Below, piece by piece: positions 1-13,106 of a DNA stretch of 64,000 nt. The stretch is taken from positions 248,001 through 312,000 of the forward strand of contig JASVEC010000010.1 in the NCBI GenBank assembly GCA_030770535.1, written 5' to 3'. Numbering within the stretch: position 1 is the stretch's first letter; the number at the start of each line of letters is the position of its first letter. The translations under genes and the position numbers were made by a program. Source of the DNA: Batkoa obscura. Its lineage: Eukaryota. The notes below the pieces were generated by a model. It was not told the origin of the DNA, did not search any database, and saw nothing but the letters and a program-made list of their open reading frames with translations.

Positions 1-402
1 TCTTAATGACTTCTTAACAATGATGGCAGTATTCTTAGGGTAAATTGTACCTAAAAATGAAACGTCTAAAGTGGATTGATGGTTACCAATATATATAGCT
101 GGTTTTCCATTGTATTCTTTGATCACTGAGTCATCTAACACATTAAACTTAACATTTAAGAATAATTGTGATATAAATGAAAAAAATCTCCCAGTTATAT
201 AATGAACGTATGCTTCTTTACCAAGAACTCGACATATTACTGATACTACTACTCCTAAAAACCCAGTTACAAAATAACAGTTAGCAAGGATGATGCAGCG
301 AACAATAAATCGCACTTTGCTTGAGAATTGAAATAAAGAGATGAACAAGAGGATAGCTACTGTAGTGTATTTAAGATCGAAAAAATTCAAAAAATCCAAC
401 AT
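1..402 (-). CDS. SLC1: 1-acyl-sn-glycerol-3-phosphate acyltransferase (PlsC family), 5' part; runs off window start
   Basis: Manual translation from ATG at 402: MLDFLNFFDLKY...KPAIYIGNHQSTLDVSFLGTIYPKNTAIIVKKSLR. Contains the NHQSxLD acyltransferase motif after hydrophobic N-terminal segments. Not in the ORF track. Confidence 0.9.
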   Translation of the reverse strand, partial: MLDFLNFFDLKYTTVAILLFISLFQFSSKVRFIVRCIILANCYFVTGFLGVVVSVICRVLGKEAYVHYITGRFFSFISQLFLNVKFNVLDDSVIKEYNGKPAIYIGNHQSTLDVSFLGTIYPKNTAIIVKKSLR

Positions 403-782
403 GGTGGTTAATAAAGACTCAAATACAGTTGGTGCAAGTATGTTGGATTATATTTTTTATAAAGACAAAACTATGATTTATAAACTTTTTTTGTATTTTT
501 TTTAAAATAGCTCGTTTTTAAATTCCCTTGCTTTAACCAATCAGTGGTGCCTACTGGTGAACTATTCTGGATTTAGTAGCCATATCCGTTACTTTAAAAT
601 TACTATCCCTTTCTATTAAAAATAATTTATTGGACTTTGGGCTAATCCTTCTTTTTTATAACGTTAATTATTTTCGAATTTAAATCCCATTACAAAATCC
701 CCAGCAAACCAAACTCATTTTAATTCCAAATAACCGAAATTGTTTTCAATTTTTAAATTATATAAAACCTTACAAAATAGAA

Positions 783-1662
783 ATGGCAAACGCAACAAAC
801 GGAGACTTGAAGAACGTACATATGGTACCAATGGCACCTAAAGTGCCCAAAACAACAATAGAAAAGGAAAATACTCGTAGATTGATAGTAATCTTAGAAA
901 GCGCTTCTTTAGAAACTTATAAAGTTGGTAAAAGTAGTGATGCTAAATATCAGTTATTGAATTGTGATGAACATCAAAGGATTTTATTGAAACTCGGTAA
1001 AGACATAACGGATTCAAGACCTGATATCACCCATCAAGTAAGGCATTTTTTAAAAATCGATGCTTAAATTTAATCAGCATTATAGTGTTTGTTAACATTA
1101 TTAGATTCTCCTTTAAATAAAGCTGGAAAATTACAAGTATTTATTCATACAACTAAAAATGTATTGATTGAAATCAACCCACATGTACGTATACCAAGAA
1201 CTTTCCGCAGATTCGCTGGATTAATGGGTATAGATTTAATATTTTATTTCGAGGTTTTATACTTATCAGTTATTAGTTCAATTATTACATAAATTATCCG
1301 TACGCTCCACTACAAGTAATGAAAAATTACTAAAAGTAATTAAGAACCCCATCACCGATCATTTGCCAAGTAACTGCAAAAAAATATGTAATATTACTTT
1401 TCAAAAAATAGAACAAAACTTAACAAAACTTAAATTAGGTTTCTCATATGACGCTCCATTAATTAACGTAAATCAATATGTTAAAAAGCTACCAGAGGAT
1501 CAAAGTTTAGTAGTAGCTATTGGAGCTTTAGCTCACGGTGAAGATAACTTTGCCGATCAATATGTAGATGAAAAGATATCGATTTCTTCTTACCCCTTAT
1601 CTGCTTCAGTAGCTTGCGGTAAATTAACCTGTGCCTTTGAAGAATTATGGAATATTTTATAA
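783..1662 (+). CDS. EMG1: 18S rRNA pseudouridine N1-methyltransferase Emg1/Nep1, 4 exons
   Basis: Motifs [59 protein letters not shown] and YPLSASVAC across three ORF pieces, joined by short GT-AG introns (first 1038-1085). Confidence 0.96.
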
Positions 1663-1792
1663 GCTTTTAAATAATTTTAAAATTTTTACCTTTTTTTATT
1701 ATAATAAATAGAATTTGTTTTTTTACAACAATACTTCAAATTAGCAAATACCAAAAATTAACAATAAACTGTAACTTTTATTATTAAAAAAA

Positions 1793-4700
1793 TTAATAGT
1801 CTAGTCCAAGGGACCAATCTTCAGCTACCATAAGTTTAGGATCCTTGACAGTAAGTATTTTCTCTTGTTTATTGAAGTTAAATTCAACTTCACGACCACA
1901 TTTTAAGCAAACCACCTTCTTGGGGCTCTTTTTGATATTTAAGAACACAATTTTTTCAACACGAACACCTTTAAAGAACTCTTTCAGCCCTTCAGAAGGT
2001 GTTTCAACAGGATACTCAGGTTCAAAAGGTAATGGGTTGACAATGGAATATGTTTTATTATCCACTGCATGGTTGGTTAATTTATTATCTTTAAGTTTGA
2101 ACTCTCTATAAGCATATCCCTTTCTTAAGTAATCATAACTCATACCATCGTCAAAGTAAAGTTTACCCTTAGCTTTGCCCTAAACATGATTAGTATATAT
2201 TATCACATTAAAGTATTATAAAATTACATCATTATCAACAGTAACTAAGAGGGTGATAGGATCTTTTAACATTAAGGTAGAAGAACGACGGATTCTACTC
2301 TTTTGAGTAATGATTTCACCAGAGCGAATGAAAACTGGGATTGAGTCAACTTCGGTTTTAATTACATGTTTACCACTCTTGATATTTTTATAATTGTAAT
2401 AATTATACCAATCCTATTAAATATTGTATTAGTTTCATCATACATCAAATCATATATAATGTTACTTCATCCCCTGGTAAATAGATATCAATCTCTGTAA
2501 CTCCTGGTTTAGTGATTGGCTTAACTAATAAGCCACTTCCGACCATATACTGATCATCCATACCAAACACAGATTCGTCCTTAGGGAATTCTAAGAACAT
2601 AGGTCTAAAATAAAAGCATTAGTAAATTGATATGATATACTATATACAGTATTAGTTTACCTCATAGCTGGAGTACCATTGATACTTGCTTCAAACAACA
2701 AAGTATACCAGTAAGGTAATAATTGATATCTTGAACGAATAGCAGTACGTATTTGAGAAGTATAGGGTTCACCAAGTACCCAAGGTTCCCTACGTTTAGT
2801 ATCAATATGGGCATGAGCTCTAAAGAAGGGTTGGAATGCACCAGTTTGATACCAACGAACCAATAATTCAGGATCTGGATTACCAAAGAAGCCACCAACA
2901 TCAGCACCTGAAAATGGGATACCACTTAAACCAATGGTAAGCAACATAGGTGTGGAAACACCGAGATATTCCCAAGTAGCGCCATTATCACCTGTCCAGA
3001 TAGCTCCAAAACGTTGAGTACCTGCAAAGAAAGCACGAGATAAAACAAATGGACGCTGGTTTGGTGTTGTTCTTTTAACAATACCATGAGATGTACTACG
3101 ATGAAATAACATACCAAACATGTTATGAACATCTCTATGTTCTACTTCATTATAATGTAACAAGTTCTTTTGCATTGTAATTTCAGGTCCATTAAAGACG
3201 GAAGGTTCATTCATATCGTTCCATACATATAGGTTTTTAGTTGAGTGCTTATATTCATCAAGTTGAAATTTCTTACTCCACCAATCGCATGCTTCTTTAC
3301 GTGTGTAATCAACCCAAGAAGAGCTACCTGGCCAGCACCAACCATCGAAATCAGCACCAGACGGATTTTTGACAAAATAACCTAAATCTGTAGCTTCTTT
3401 GTAAACATAATAATCATCTTCTCTTTTAATATGAGGATCAACAATGGCAACCATTTTTCTTCCAGAAGCAGCAATTTGATCTTGCATAGATTCAGGATTG
3501 GGGAATTTATCTTGATCCCAAGTGAAATACTTTTTACCTTGGGTGTGTTCGATATCTAACCAAATGACATCATATGGGATATCATATTTATCAAAATTAT
3601 CGTTCACTTCCAAAACGTCCTTTTCATTAATATAATTCCAACGACATTGATGATAAGCTAACGCAAATGTGGTTGGCAATGCTGTAAACCCAGTTAACTC
3701 TCCATATCGCTTTAATACTTGTTTGGTGTCTTTTTCTACAAAAACAAATACATCTAATAATCCACTTTCACTGATCCAATGCGTATGGGAAGACTGTTAA
3801 ATATTTTAATTACTATTGTCATTAATGTTAATAAATTAAAGTTATTTACTTTAGTATGTTTTTTAACTTCTTGCTTTTCAACATCAATCCACATCTCAGC
3901 GGCATTTAACCAAAACAAACCAGCGGAATGCTTTTTATTATGAGCAACCATAAATGGGATAGACCCATATAAAGCCATTGGGTTATCGATTTCATATTCG
4001 AATACATCAAGATTGTATAAACGATAAGGTTCACTGTATTGATTTTCTGTACCACTATGATTCATAAGTTAATTAAATATAATACAAAAATAAATTAAAT
4101 ACTTACTCTGTACTTTTTAATGATAAATTGGAAGCATGTTGAGGGATACCATAAACATGTTCAAACTCATGAAAGGTAACATCAAATCCGATAGAAGAGG
4201 GACCTAATGATTTATTAATATAAGTCAATATAACAGTTCATTTTTAATTACCATGTTTTTTAACATCAGTATGACCATTGAATGTTTCTTCCCATAATCC
4301 TTCTTCTTCTTTTTCTTCTACTGCTATCTTTTTTTCACCATCGCTTACAGTTTCAGATTCAATTGCCTTCTGTTTTACTTCTTCCCTTTTTCTATAATGC
4401 TCAAAACGGAAGAGATCTCTTTCATTAAAAGTAACAACATTCTCCTTTTTTAAATAAAAGTCCAATTTAAAAGGTTCATTTTGGATGCTCACTTTAAAGT
4501 CCTCACTTTGGATGGTAAACAAGTTATCTTTCTTAGTCTCCTTTAGCTTTTTACTACTAATTAACTTAGGTTCTCCAACCAAGGCATGTTCTTTAACTTG
4601 GTCATATCTCTTATGAATCCCGTCTTTTTCAAAAACCTTAACTCTAGTAACCAAATGTTCCAAAATAGAAACTTGTAACACCAACTCAACGTTATCTTTG

Positions 4701-4945
4701 ATATTTAATATATTGGCTTGGAATTCACTGTTTTCAAATTGGATAGTATCCTTTATTACTTTATAGAAAATATCCTTTGGGTGCTCTTTTTTGTATTCAG
4801 CATGCTTCTTATTTCTTTGACAAAAGGCACTGTCCTTACACTTCTTAAAATCACTCGGCTTTACCGAGACAATATTCTCCATCCAAAAGGTTAGAGTCAG
4901 TAATAATATTAATACCAAAGGTATCTTTTTATGAGATTGAATCAT
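1793..4945 (-). CDS. ROT2: ER glucosidase II alpha subunit (GH31), about 7 exons
   Basis: Signal peptide followed by [26 protein letters not shown]; catalytic [22 protein letters not shown]. Short GT-AG introns link the ORF pieces. Confidence 0.95.
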
Positions 4946-6937
4946 TTTTTTTGTCTTTTTCTCCCTTTTTTTTATGGTTTTTATACGTTTGACCTCACTA
5001 TGATAATCTTGTATTTTTTCTAACTTAAAAAGTTTAAGTTTTTATTAACATTACGTGGCTGTTAATTCTATCAGGATTTTTTTAAAAGCAATTCCATTGG
5101 CTTAGAATTAAATTAAGAATTTTATTTTGGTGTTTTAATCCTACATTTAAAAAAGATTCCATAAAAATTCAACATTCCAATTCATATAATAATTCAAACA
5201 TTCCAATTTATAATAACTCAAATCACTATGTCATCATCATTATCCCTCTTATTATTATATCTTATTTTGTCTTGGTTACTTAGTTATTTTAATAACGCTT
5301 ATTATAGTTCCCATTCCACTTACACTTTTAAAGATATTTGAATTGTTTTAGAATATGCAACAAAATACAGGTTGGGATTACTCTAAACAAAAGTAAGAAT
5401 TTTCAAATATCTTCAACTCGTTTTCTATACCCCAAGATTGCATTTATGATCTCACTTTGCTTTTAATTTAGCTCTTCTTACTACAATTCTTTGCCCCGTT
5501 TCCCCATTCTACGATTCATCACATAAACCTATTACTGCTAGCTTTATAGCTAAATACTTGTTTTTAAATAGGAGTTATATCATTCAAAGATAAAGCGGAA
5601 CTATTGACATCTAAAAAAACATGTTGTGGTAGGTAAGAGGGGGAGCCTTCCAGGGATAAAAAAGAGTTTGCTCTGATAAAAACGAAAAGTTATCTAGAAT
5701 GATATATTTATAGCTTATCGCTTATATTTTTATCAAATAATAATATAATAGTGTTTAATAGTGATGCTTTGAAAGATAAAACATGAATAAGATAATTAGA
5801 AATGTATTTCTATTCGATTTTTATTATTTCAAAGTAAGGAATTTTTAAATAGTTAATTTAAGAAAAATCAGATTTTTTACTTTTTTTGAGTATTGATGTT
5901 TGGTTTACTTTATTTATGATAAATTATAATGGAGAAAAGCTGAGCCTTGAGCTTATATTTATCCATCTAAGCTTTAAATTTGATACTATCATAGCTTAAA
6001 CTTCAACTATCTTTTATCTTACTTCTCCTTTAATAGCTTTTATTTTTTAACATTACTTTTAGTTGAAATTATTGTCATTTCAGTATGTTTAAGATTTTTT
6101 CAACTTGTTGAAAAATAAAAGATAAAAATTCTTTACTACATGACACTAAATAATTTAATTTGTCATTAAGCTTGTAAATTAGAGAACTACATAAGAAACA
6201 CAACCCTAGCTTAATGATCCTGATTCTACACTTTCTACTTGTTTATATTAAAATAATTATAGAAATATACCATTTGTGTACAAACGTACGGTGGTAGTCA
6301 GTTCCATTACATATCTTTGTCGGTTAACAAAGTTAATCTCAGAACCCGGCTTAATCCACCTGGCCATTTAATCAAAATGGGTAAGTGAGGGGATTTTTAA
6401 GTGAAAAGCTTTAAAAATCAATCAAAAATAAATTTTTGAAGAGTCAACATAACCACATTTATTAAACTTGAAGAACATAATGAAGAATATTGTATGTCGA
6501 ATTTAAACTGATTTGAACTTGTGGGATTCAATTGGAGGCTTTAATATGTTTAAAAATAATATTTGAATTATTGTAAATAGGAAAAGATTATTAAATATTT
6601 TGATGTTATTAAAATGTATATTTTTATAAATCAAATTATTTTATATTAAATTTACGTTCGAAATACATTTTATTAATGAAATTCAAAGTTTATCATTTAT
6701 TTGATTTAGAAGCGCTTACTTGGGACATTAATCTTTTGAAACTTTTAATAATTTTAAAATTTTACGCTACATAAAAAGTGACTAAAAGCTATATATATTC
6801 TTAGATTTTATTTTGAGTTACATTCTACTATCTTATTTCTTAATTCTATACTTTAAGTAAACTAAATTTTGGTAATTAAATATCAATTTGCTTGAAAAAT
6901 ATACGCAATTATCAATTCCTTTGTCTTTGTATTTTAA

Positions 6938-7258
6938 TTGAAATTAATGTCCATACAACTCTTACCTAATTATAAGCCACAACTCGCTGATAATTTTATA
7001 ACTCAATTTCTTAACAGAAGGAAAGTTATAGAACCAATTCCTGATTTTAGGAACTTATTGACCAAGAAAGGTTATTTAAGACATCTAGTTGAGCTTTATT
7101 ATGGTCGTTGGGATTTGAAAGGTATGAAGCTTAGTGATTTTAATCATATTAAATTGAATAGTTTAAATTCAACAAAATATATGATTGTTTATGTTCTTGC
7201 ATCTCAACGGCCAGAATTCGTGGGTTTAGTAAATTTGAAGTTTTATTTTTCAAGATAA
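6938..7258 (+). CDS. Hypothetical ~100-aa ORF (first ATG at 6947)
   Basis: Open 106-codon frame in very AT-rich DNA with plausible composition; no recognisable motif. Confidence 0.3.
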   Translation: MKLMSIQLLPNYKPQLADNFITQFLNRRKVIEPIPDFRNLLTKKGYLRHLVELYYGRWDLKGMKLSDFNHIKLNSLNSTKYMIVYVLASQRPEFVGLVNLKFYFSR

Positions 7259-7553
7259 CTAGTTTCAAATTTTCAAACCCCTCCTTTTCATTTCATTTTA
7301 ATTTTCTTTTTTATTTATAAATATAATGCTAAGTTTATGCTTTTTCAGTATTGAATAAAAGGTAGACAAAATGTTGGAATAAAAATACGTTCATTTTTAT
7401 TTAATAGGGTTCAATACTAAAAACAATCAATTATCCTCACAACAACTTATTAATAAACTCATAAAACAAATAATCCAACTAAAAGGCATTTTCAACTTAA
7501 ATTGAACAATAATCAACGATAGCCACAGCAGTAAATAGTTTAATATAAACCAT

Positions 7554-9270
7554 TCATGCCAGATATAGTTTGCAAGAAACAATCGAATCAATATCAGGAA
7601 ATATTTGTCTAGCTAATTGTAAAGAACCTTTACATCTAGTATACATCAAATTATATAAAAGTGGCCAAAACTCCAAGTTTCTATAAAAAGTTGTATAAGT
7701 TAATTCCATCTCTTTTTGTGCCACTGAATTCGGATTATCATAAAAATAATAAATGGCCATTAAAGAAAAACCAGCGATAGCAAAGTTGGTTTTTTCCAAC
7801 GGGATCCAGAATTTAGGAACATTATGATTAAGTACATTGTATCCAGCTCGTAACCTTTCATATAATCGATGATTGAAATGCTCTGGATTCTTTACTACTT
7901 TCCAATATCCTTTTTCTAGCCCTTTACCAAACATTCTTAATATATAAACTTCAAACAATACAATGGTAAAAAATAAACAAGCAAAATGAAAATCAAATGG
8001 ATCATTTAAGTCATAAATATTAGATAAATAGTTAACATTAACATCATATGGCAATATGGAGCGAACTAGATTCAAAGCTTTGGTTACTTTGTCTATAAAT
8101 TTATCTGCTGAAATAAGCCCATCAGCTAATTGTTTTCGATAAACAAAGCAATGTAAAATATATTGTGCTGCTTTACCATAAGCTACTGTATTTAAAAATA
8201 ATCTTGATGTTTTAGATTTAAGGTTAAGCGATAAACATATAGCTATAGAATCTAAATATTCGGAAAACTCCTAAATAGATTTAGTATTAGTTATTATACC
8301 TAAATTAAATTTACAATTGGCTCAAAAGGAGGCTTTTCTATTATCCCATTGATTTCAAACTCTTGAATACTAAATACTCCTTTTTCTACATCATTTTCAA
8401 GTTGTTCATAATCTGCCTTTTTATATGTGATTGGTGGATGTGCTGCAAAAGTAGATGTAAATAAATCAAAAAATTGACAAGTTGACCAAGTAGCTATATA
8501 TTCAACTTGTAAATCCGGATCTTGGGTAAGTAGTTTGAAAGTGGATTTATCTAAATCCAATGTATGTGCTTTACTTTGAACTTATAAGTAATTGTTAGTT
8601 ATATAATTTGATATAAGTACCTCACTGCTTGGGCTAAAAAATAAGTTAGTAAAGGTTAAACCAAATATCAAGTTATCTTACATAAATGTTTTAGTGATAT
8701 TGGTAGCTGGCTTTCACCAAGTTCATAATAAGAGATCAATAATAAACTTTGTATAGTGTCTAAATCGGAGTTATCAGTTAAAGAAGTAAGTAAAGTAGTT
8801 GCTCTTGTATAGAATGGATTTTTATTATCAGATCCTTTGTTATTTAATATGTTGTTTTCTTTTAAATAAAACTGATAAGGGAGAATACATAAAGCGTTAG
8901 CTAAAAGAGAGTTATGTGGTTCATATTCAATAGCTTTTAATCCTTTTTGTAATTGTATAAATGGTATAAAAACACCGAAATTGGTAAAATAATGTGATAT
9001 TAAGTTTTTATATACTTCAAGTTGATCTAAAATAAACATAAGAAACGTTAATGTTTTTTACAATTATAGCTTACTTTGAAGTGCTGTTTTTTTGATTATT
9101 TTATAACAGTATTCTATCTTCGCCATCTTTTGTTCTAAACATATTTTTTTGTTTACTACTTCTATATAAACACAGTTCTTTTTTAACTTTTGACATCTTT
9201 CACATTTCGGTTGATCTCTAGAACACTTCCTCTTTCCTTTTTTGCAATTAACACAAGATGTTTGTTTCAT
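7554..9270 (-). CDS. Zn(II)2Cys6 fungal transcription factor with fungal-specific TF middle region, about 5 exons
   Basis: N-terminal SCVNCKKGKRKCSRDQPKCERCQKLKKNC; later HYFTNF, DTIQSLLLISYYE. A 13-nt exon at 8621-8633 restores the frame (KHLSQAVSKAHTLDL). Confidence 0.88.
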
Positions 9271-9515
9271 TTATAAAGTCTTGAATATTTTTTAAACCTT
9301 TTTTATGTATCCTTTTAATATTATTTTAATGCTACTATTTGGTTTTTAAAGATAATTTTTAATAAAATACAAGATTAGTAATAGTTTAATTTATTAATTT
9401 TTAAATGAATTTTAACAAATGAATTTCCATTTTTAAATCTAATAAAATTCTTGATACCTTAAAATTCTTTTACCACTTACTTTAATTAAATTGTCTAAAT
9501 TTCTACTTCAAAAAG

Positions 9516-11352
9516 ATGGTAATCTAATCTTTCATTAATTCATTCAAACAAAACATAATAATAAAATTAATAATAGAAAGTAAAAGTAATTGATCGTAGT
9601 GATAGTAAATATAAACGTGAACGTCCAACGGACATTCATAAAATGCAACGAAATTATGATCCCATTTTACACCCATTTGAAAAAAGTAGAGAATATACTC
9701 GTGCTTTGAACGCTACCAAATTAGAACGTATGTTTGCTAAACCCTTTATTGCTAGTTTAGATGGACATGCTGATGGTGTTTATTGTTTATCAAAGCATTA
9801 CAAAAATTTACAGACCATTGTTTCTGGGTCCGGAGATGGAGGTAATTTTTGAATTTCGTGCTTTTTTGTTAAATAATGGACTAATAAATTTTATAGAGGT
9901 ACGTGCTTGGAGGTTAAATGAAAGGTATGGAATATTGGAAATAACTGAATTAATTAATTAATTAATCATAGATCTTGTTTCTTCAATACAACAGCACATA
10001 ATGGGATTGTTAAAGGAGTATGTATTTTACCTGAAGATAATAAATTTATTTCAGTAGGCCATGATAAAGTAGCTAAAATTTGGGATGTAAATAGTGAAGA
10101 CTCAAGCACAGTAATAACTAATTTATAGCTTAATTATCTTTTATTAATATATTATTTATAAAGCCTTTATATACTTATCAAGGAAAGTCAGCATTTACGT
10201 AAGATTTCTTTAATTATTTTAGATTTAATTTATCATTTTATAGCGGTGTTGATCACCATATATCGGAACCCAAGTTTGCTACTTCAGGATCAATAATTAA
10301 TATTTGGGATATTAATAGGTAAACAATAACAATTAAAAATATAAAAGATTATTATTAAATTAAAGTAATTAGGTCTGAACCTATATCAACATTTGAATGG
10401 GGAGCAGATACAATTAATACTGTCAAATTCAATAAAACAGAAAGAAATATAGTAGCTAGTTGTGGGACAGATAGGGCAATTACATTATATGATATTCGTA
10501 GTAATTCACCATTGAGTAAAACCTATTTACAATTAAAATCAAATGCATTATGCTGGAATCCAATGGAAGCATATAATTTTGTAGTTGGTAATGAGGATCA
10601 TAATTTATATTTATTTGATATGCGTAAAATGAATAAAGCTGTATCTTGTTTCAGAGATCATGTATCAGCGGTTATGGATGTCGATTTTGATCCTACTGGT
10701 AGACAAATTGTTTCTGGTTCTTATGATCGTACAGTGCGTATATTTACTGTAGGTAAACCTAAATCAAGAGATGTTTATCATACTAAACGTATGCAAAGGT
10801 ATTTTTATTTTTTATTTGTATTTTTGAATTTTAATTAAAATTTAGAGTATTTACTGTTAAATATTCCATGGATGGACGATTTGTTTTATCAGGTTCTGAT
10901 GATACTAATATTCGTCTTTGGAAATCGAATGCGGCTGAAAAACTTGGTGTGGTAAGTATCAATTGATAGATTAAATTAGTTTCGTTTAATTTTTAATATT
11001 AATAGCGTAATAACCGAGAAAGATCCCATTTGGAGTACAGTGAAAAAGTCAAAGATAAATATGCTCATATACCAGAAGTTCGAAAGATTGCAAAGTAAGT
11101 TCTAATGAAAATATGTTATATCAATATAAATTAACCATCTTTTTTTAAACTAGTCATCGTATCATACCACAAAATATTAAAACAACTACTCGTACTAAAG
11201 CTATTATGTTGGAATCGAGACATATTAAGGAAGTTAATAGACTCAATAATCAAAAGAATATTCGTAATGCTACTCAAGCTAAAGAAGATAAAAATAAGGA
11301 TAAGAAACCAAAAACTATTAAGGAAAAAGTGGTGTTGTATTCCGAAAAATAA
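9516..11352 (+). CDS. SOF1: U3 snoRNP WD40 protein Sof1/DCAF13, multi-exon
   Basis: ATG 9516-9518, intron, then KVKVIDRS...QRNYDPILHPFEKSREYTRALNATKLERMFAKPF; WNPMEAYNF; SRDVYHTKRMQRVF; SGSDDTNIRLWK; stop at 11350-11352. Confidence 0.96.
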
Positions 11353-11494
11353 GTATAGATATAGCTTTCTTTTTTATTTATCATTTTATAGATTAGATTA
11401 TTTTAATATTAAGAGTTTTATTAAATATTAATAATTTAATACTTTTTTTTTGTTTTATTATTATTTAATTGACTTTTTTTTATTTATAATATAC

Positions 11495-11560
11495 TATTTA
11501 TTATTTATTATTTATTATTTATTATTTATTATTTATTATTTATTATTTATTATTTATTTT
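11495..11560. repeat. (TTATTTA)n simple tandem repeat
   Basis: Run of 7-nt units between the convergent 3' ends of SOF1 and the syntaxin gene. Confidence 0.85.
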
Positions 11561-11782
11561 ATTTTATAACAACATTAAACAAATCTAATATAGTTAAGAT
11601 AGTTAAATATTAAGTAAATAAATTCAAACTAATAAAAGACATTAAAAAAATTTATTACAAATCTGTTAAGAAAAATCGATTTTTTATATAAAGAAAGGAG
11701 TAAAAGAAGTGGGACTATACAAAGATGAACAAGAGTAGCTTCAAAGAATACAATGCTATTTTTTAGTAACTTCAAATAAACA

Positions 11783-13106
11783 TTAACCTTGTTTTTTAGT
11801 TGCTTGGAAATAAATGAAAACAGTAATGCCAATGATTAAAAATGTAAGTACAGCTAAACCCAAGAACATTAAAAAGAATTTTTTTTTACGTGAGGCTTTA
11901 GCATGATCAGTTGCATGTCCAAGTTCTACTTGAGCCGATTCTAAATGTTCATTTGTAGAACCTACATTTTTTTCAACATTATCAAGAATAGGATCTTGTA
12001 ATTCAATCATTGTTGCCATGGACTCATAAATTTGTCTTAATTCCTAAAAAACAAATTCAATATTACTCAATTTAATTAAACATTTCAACTAATTTATTTA
12101 ATTATCTTTACCGTTATACTTTTATCAATCATTAATATATCTTGATGACGTTCTTTAACTTCTTCTAATGCATTTTTACCACTATCTTTTCGAGTTGAGT
12201 TTAATACCTTTTATAAAAATTAATTTTTTTATATTTGAATCTTTTTTAAAACTATCTATATTACTGCTGATGAAAAAAAAGTAGTGTCGTTATTTGTAAC
12301 TGCAGCTTCAATTTCATCTGGATTGGCATCTGGATTAGCTAATCAATAATAAATTGCTTTCAAAAAATAAAATAAAATAAAATATTAAAACTTACTAATA
12401 GCAAATTGACGAACGATTCTTTCTTTCATATCCTTTTGAAATTGAGTTTCTAATTTTTGTTGATCTTCAATTCCTTTTAAAAATCGTTTTTTTAAAGCAT
12501 CAACCTATATAATTAATTTAATAAAAATTTCAACTTTAATAATTATTGAAAATCTCACTTGTATCTTTCTAATTTGATGATCTCCGTGTTCAACGTATGA
12601 TTTATTACAATATTGTATTAAATCTAATAATCTATTATTAATTTTTATTATTAAAAAAATAAACTAATATCCACAAACCTCGAATATGTTCTTTAATTGA
12701 CATCATCTGTTCCTTTAGATTATTACTCAATAAATTAGATTCTGATAAAAAAGTTTTTAACTCATTATTGACTATTAGTATATTATTAATTACTTTGATT
12801 TAATACTCCTTGTTCTAATTCAGAACTTCGAAGTGTACGTAATTGCTCTGTTAAATTAATAAAATATGTTATCTCTTGTTGTATTTTTTCTACTCGTTGA
12901 AAGAAACCATCTAATGGACTAGCTCCACTACCAGCACTATTATCATAAGCTGTACTACAATTGTCTAAGGAAGTCATTAATGGCTTCTTTTCTTCTAAAC
13001 TAACTTCTTGCATCTATAAGAATAGAGATTAGTTTATTATTTATGATAAGATGACTTATTATAAAAAAATAGTTACTTTATCTACTTCAACATCGTCAAA
13101 ATTCAT
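11783..13106 (-). CDS. Plasma-membrane-type syntaxin (Sso1/2-like t-SNARE), multi-exon
   Basis: First exon MNFDDVEVDK; RIVRQFAI|ANPDANPDEI; ALEEVKERHQDI; SNARE helix MATMIELQDPILDNVEKNV; C-terminal ASRKKK plus TM anchor. Confidence 0.9.

Noticed and set aside
1845..3132. ORF-track entries 1845..2111, 2662..2925 and 2926..3132
   Set aside because: Antisense or alternate-frame shadows of the glucosidase II gene.
5228..5600. Possible small spliced gene starting MSSSLSLLLLYLILS
   Set aside because: No consistent exon chain or recognisable product could be built.
6340..6353. CAGAACCCGGCTTA resembles the 3' conserved region of bacterial-type RNase P RNA
   Set aside because: No upstream GGAAAGTCCGG-like partner to form helix P4 was found; treated as chance or part of a different structure.
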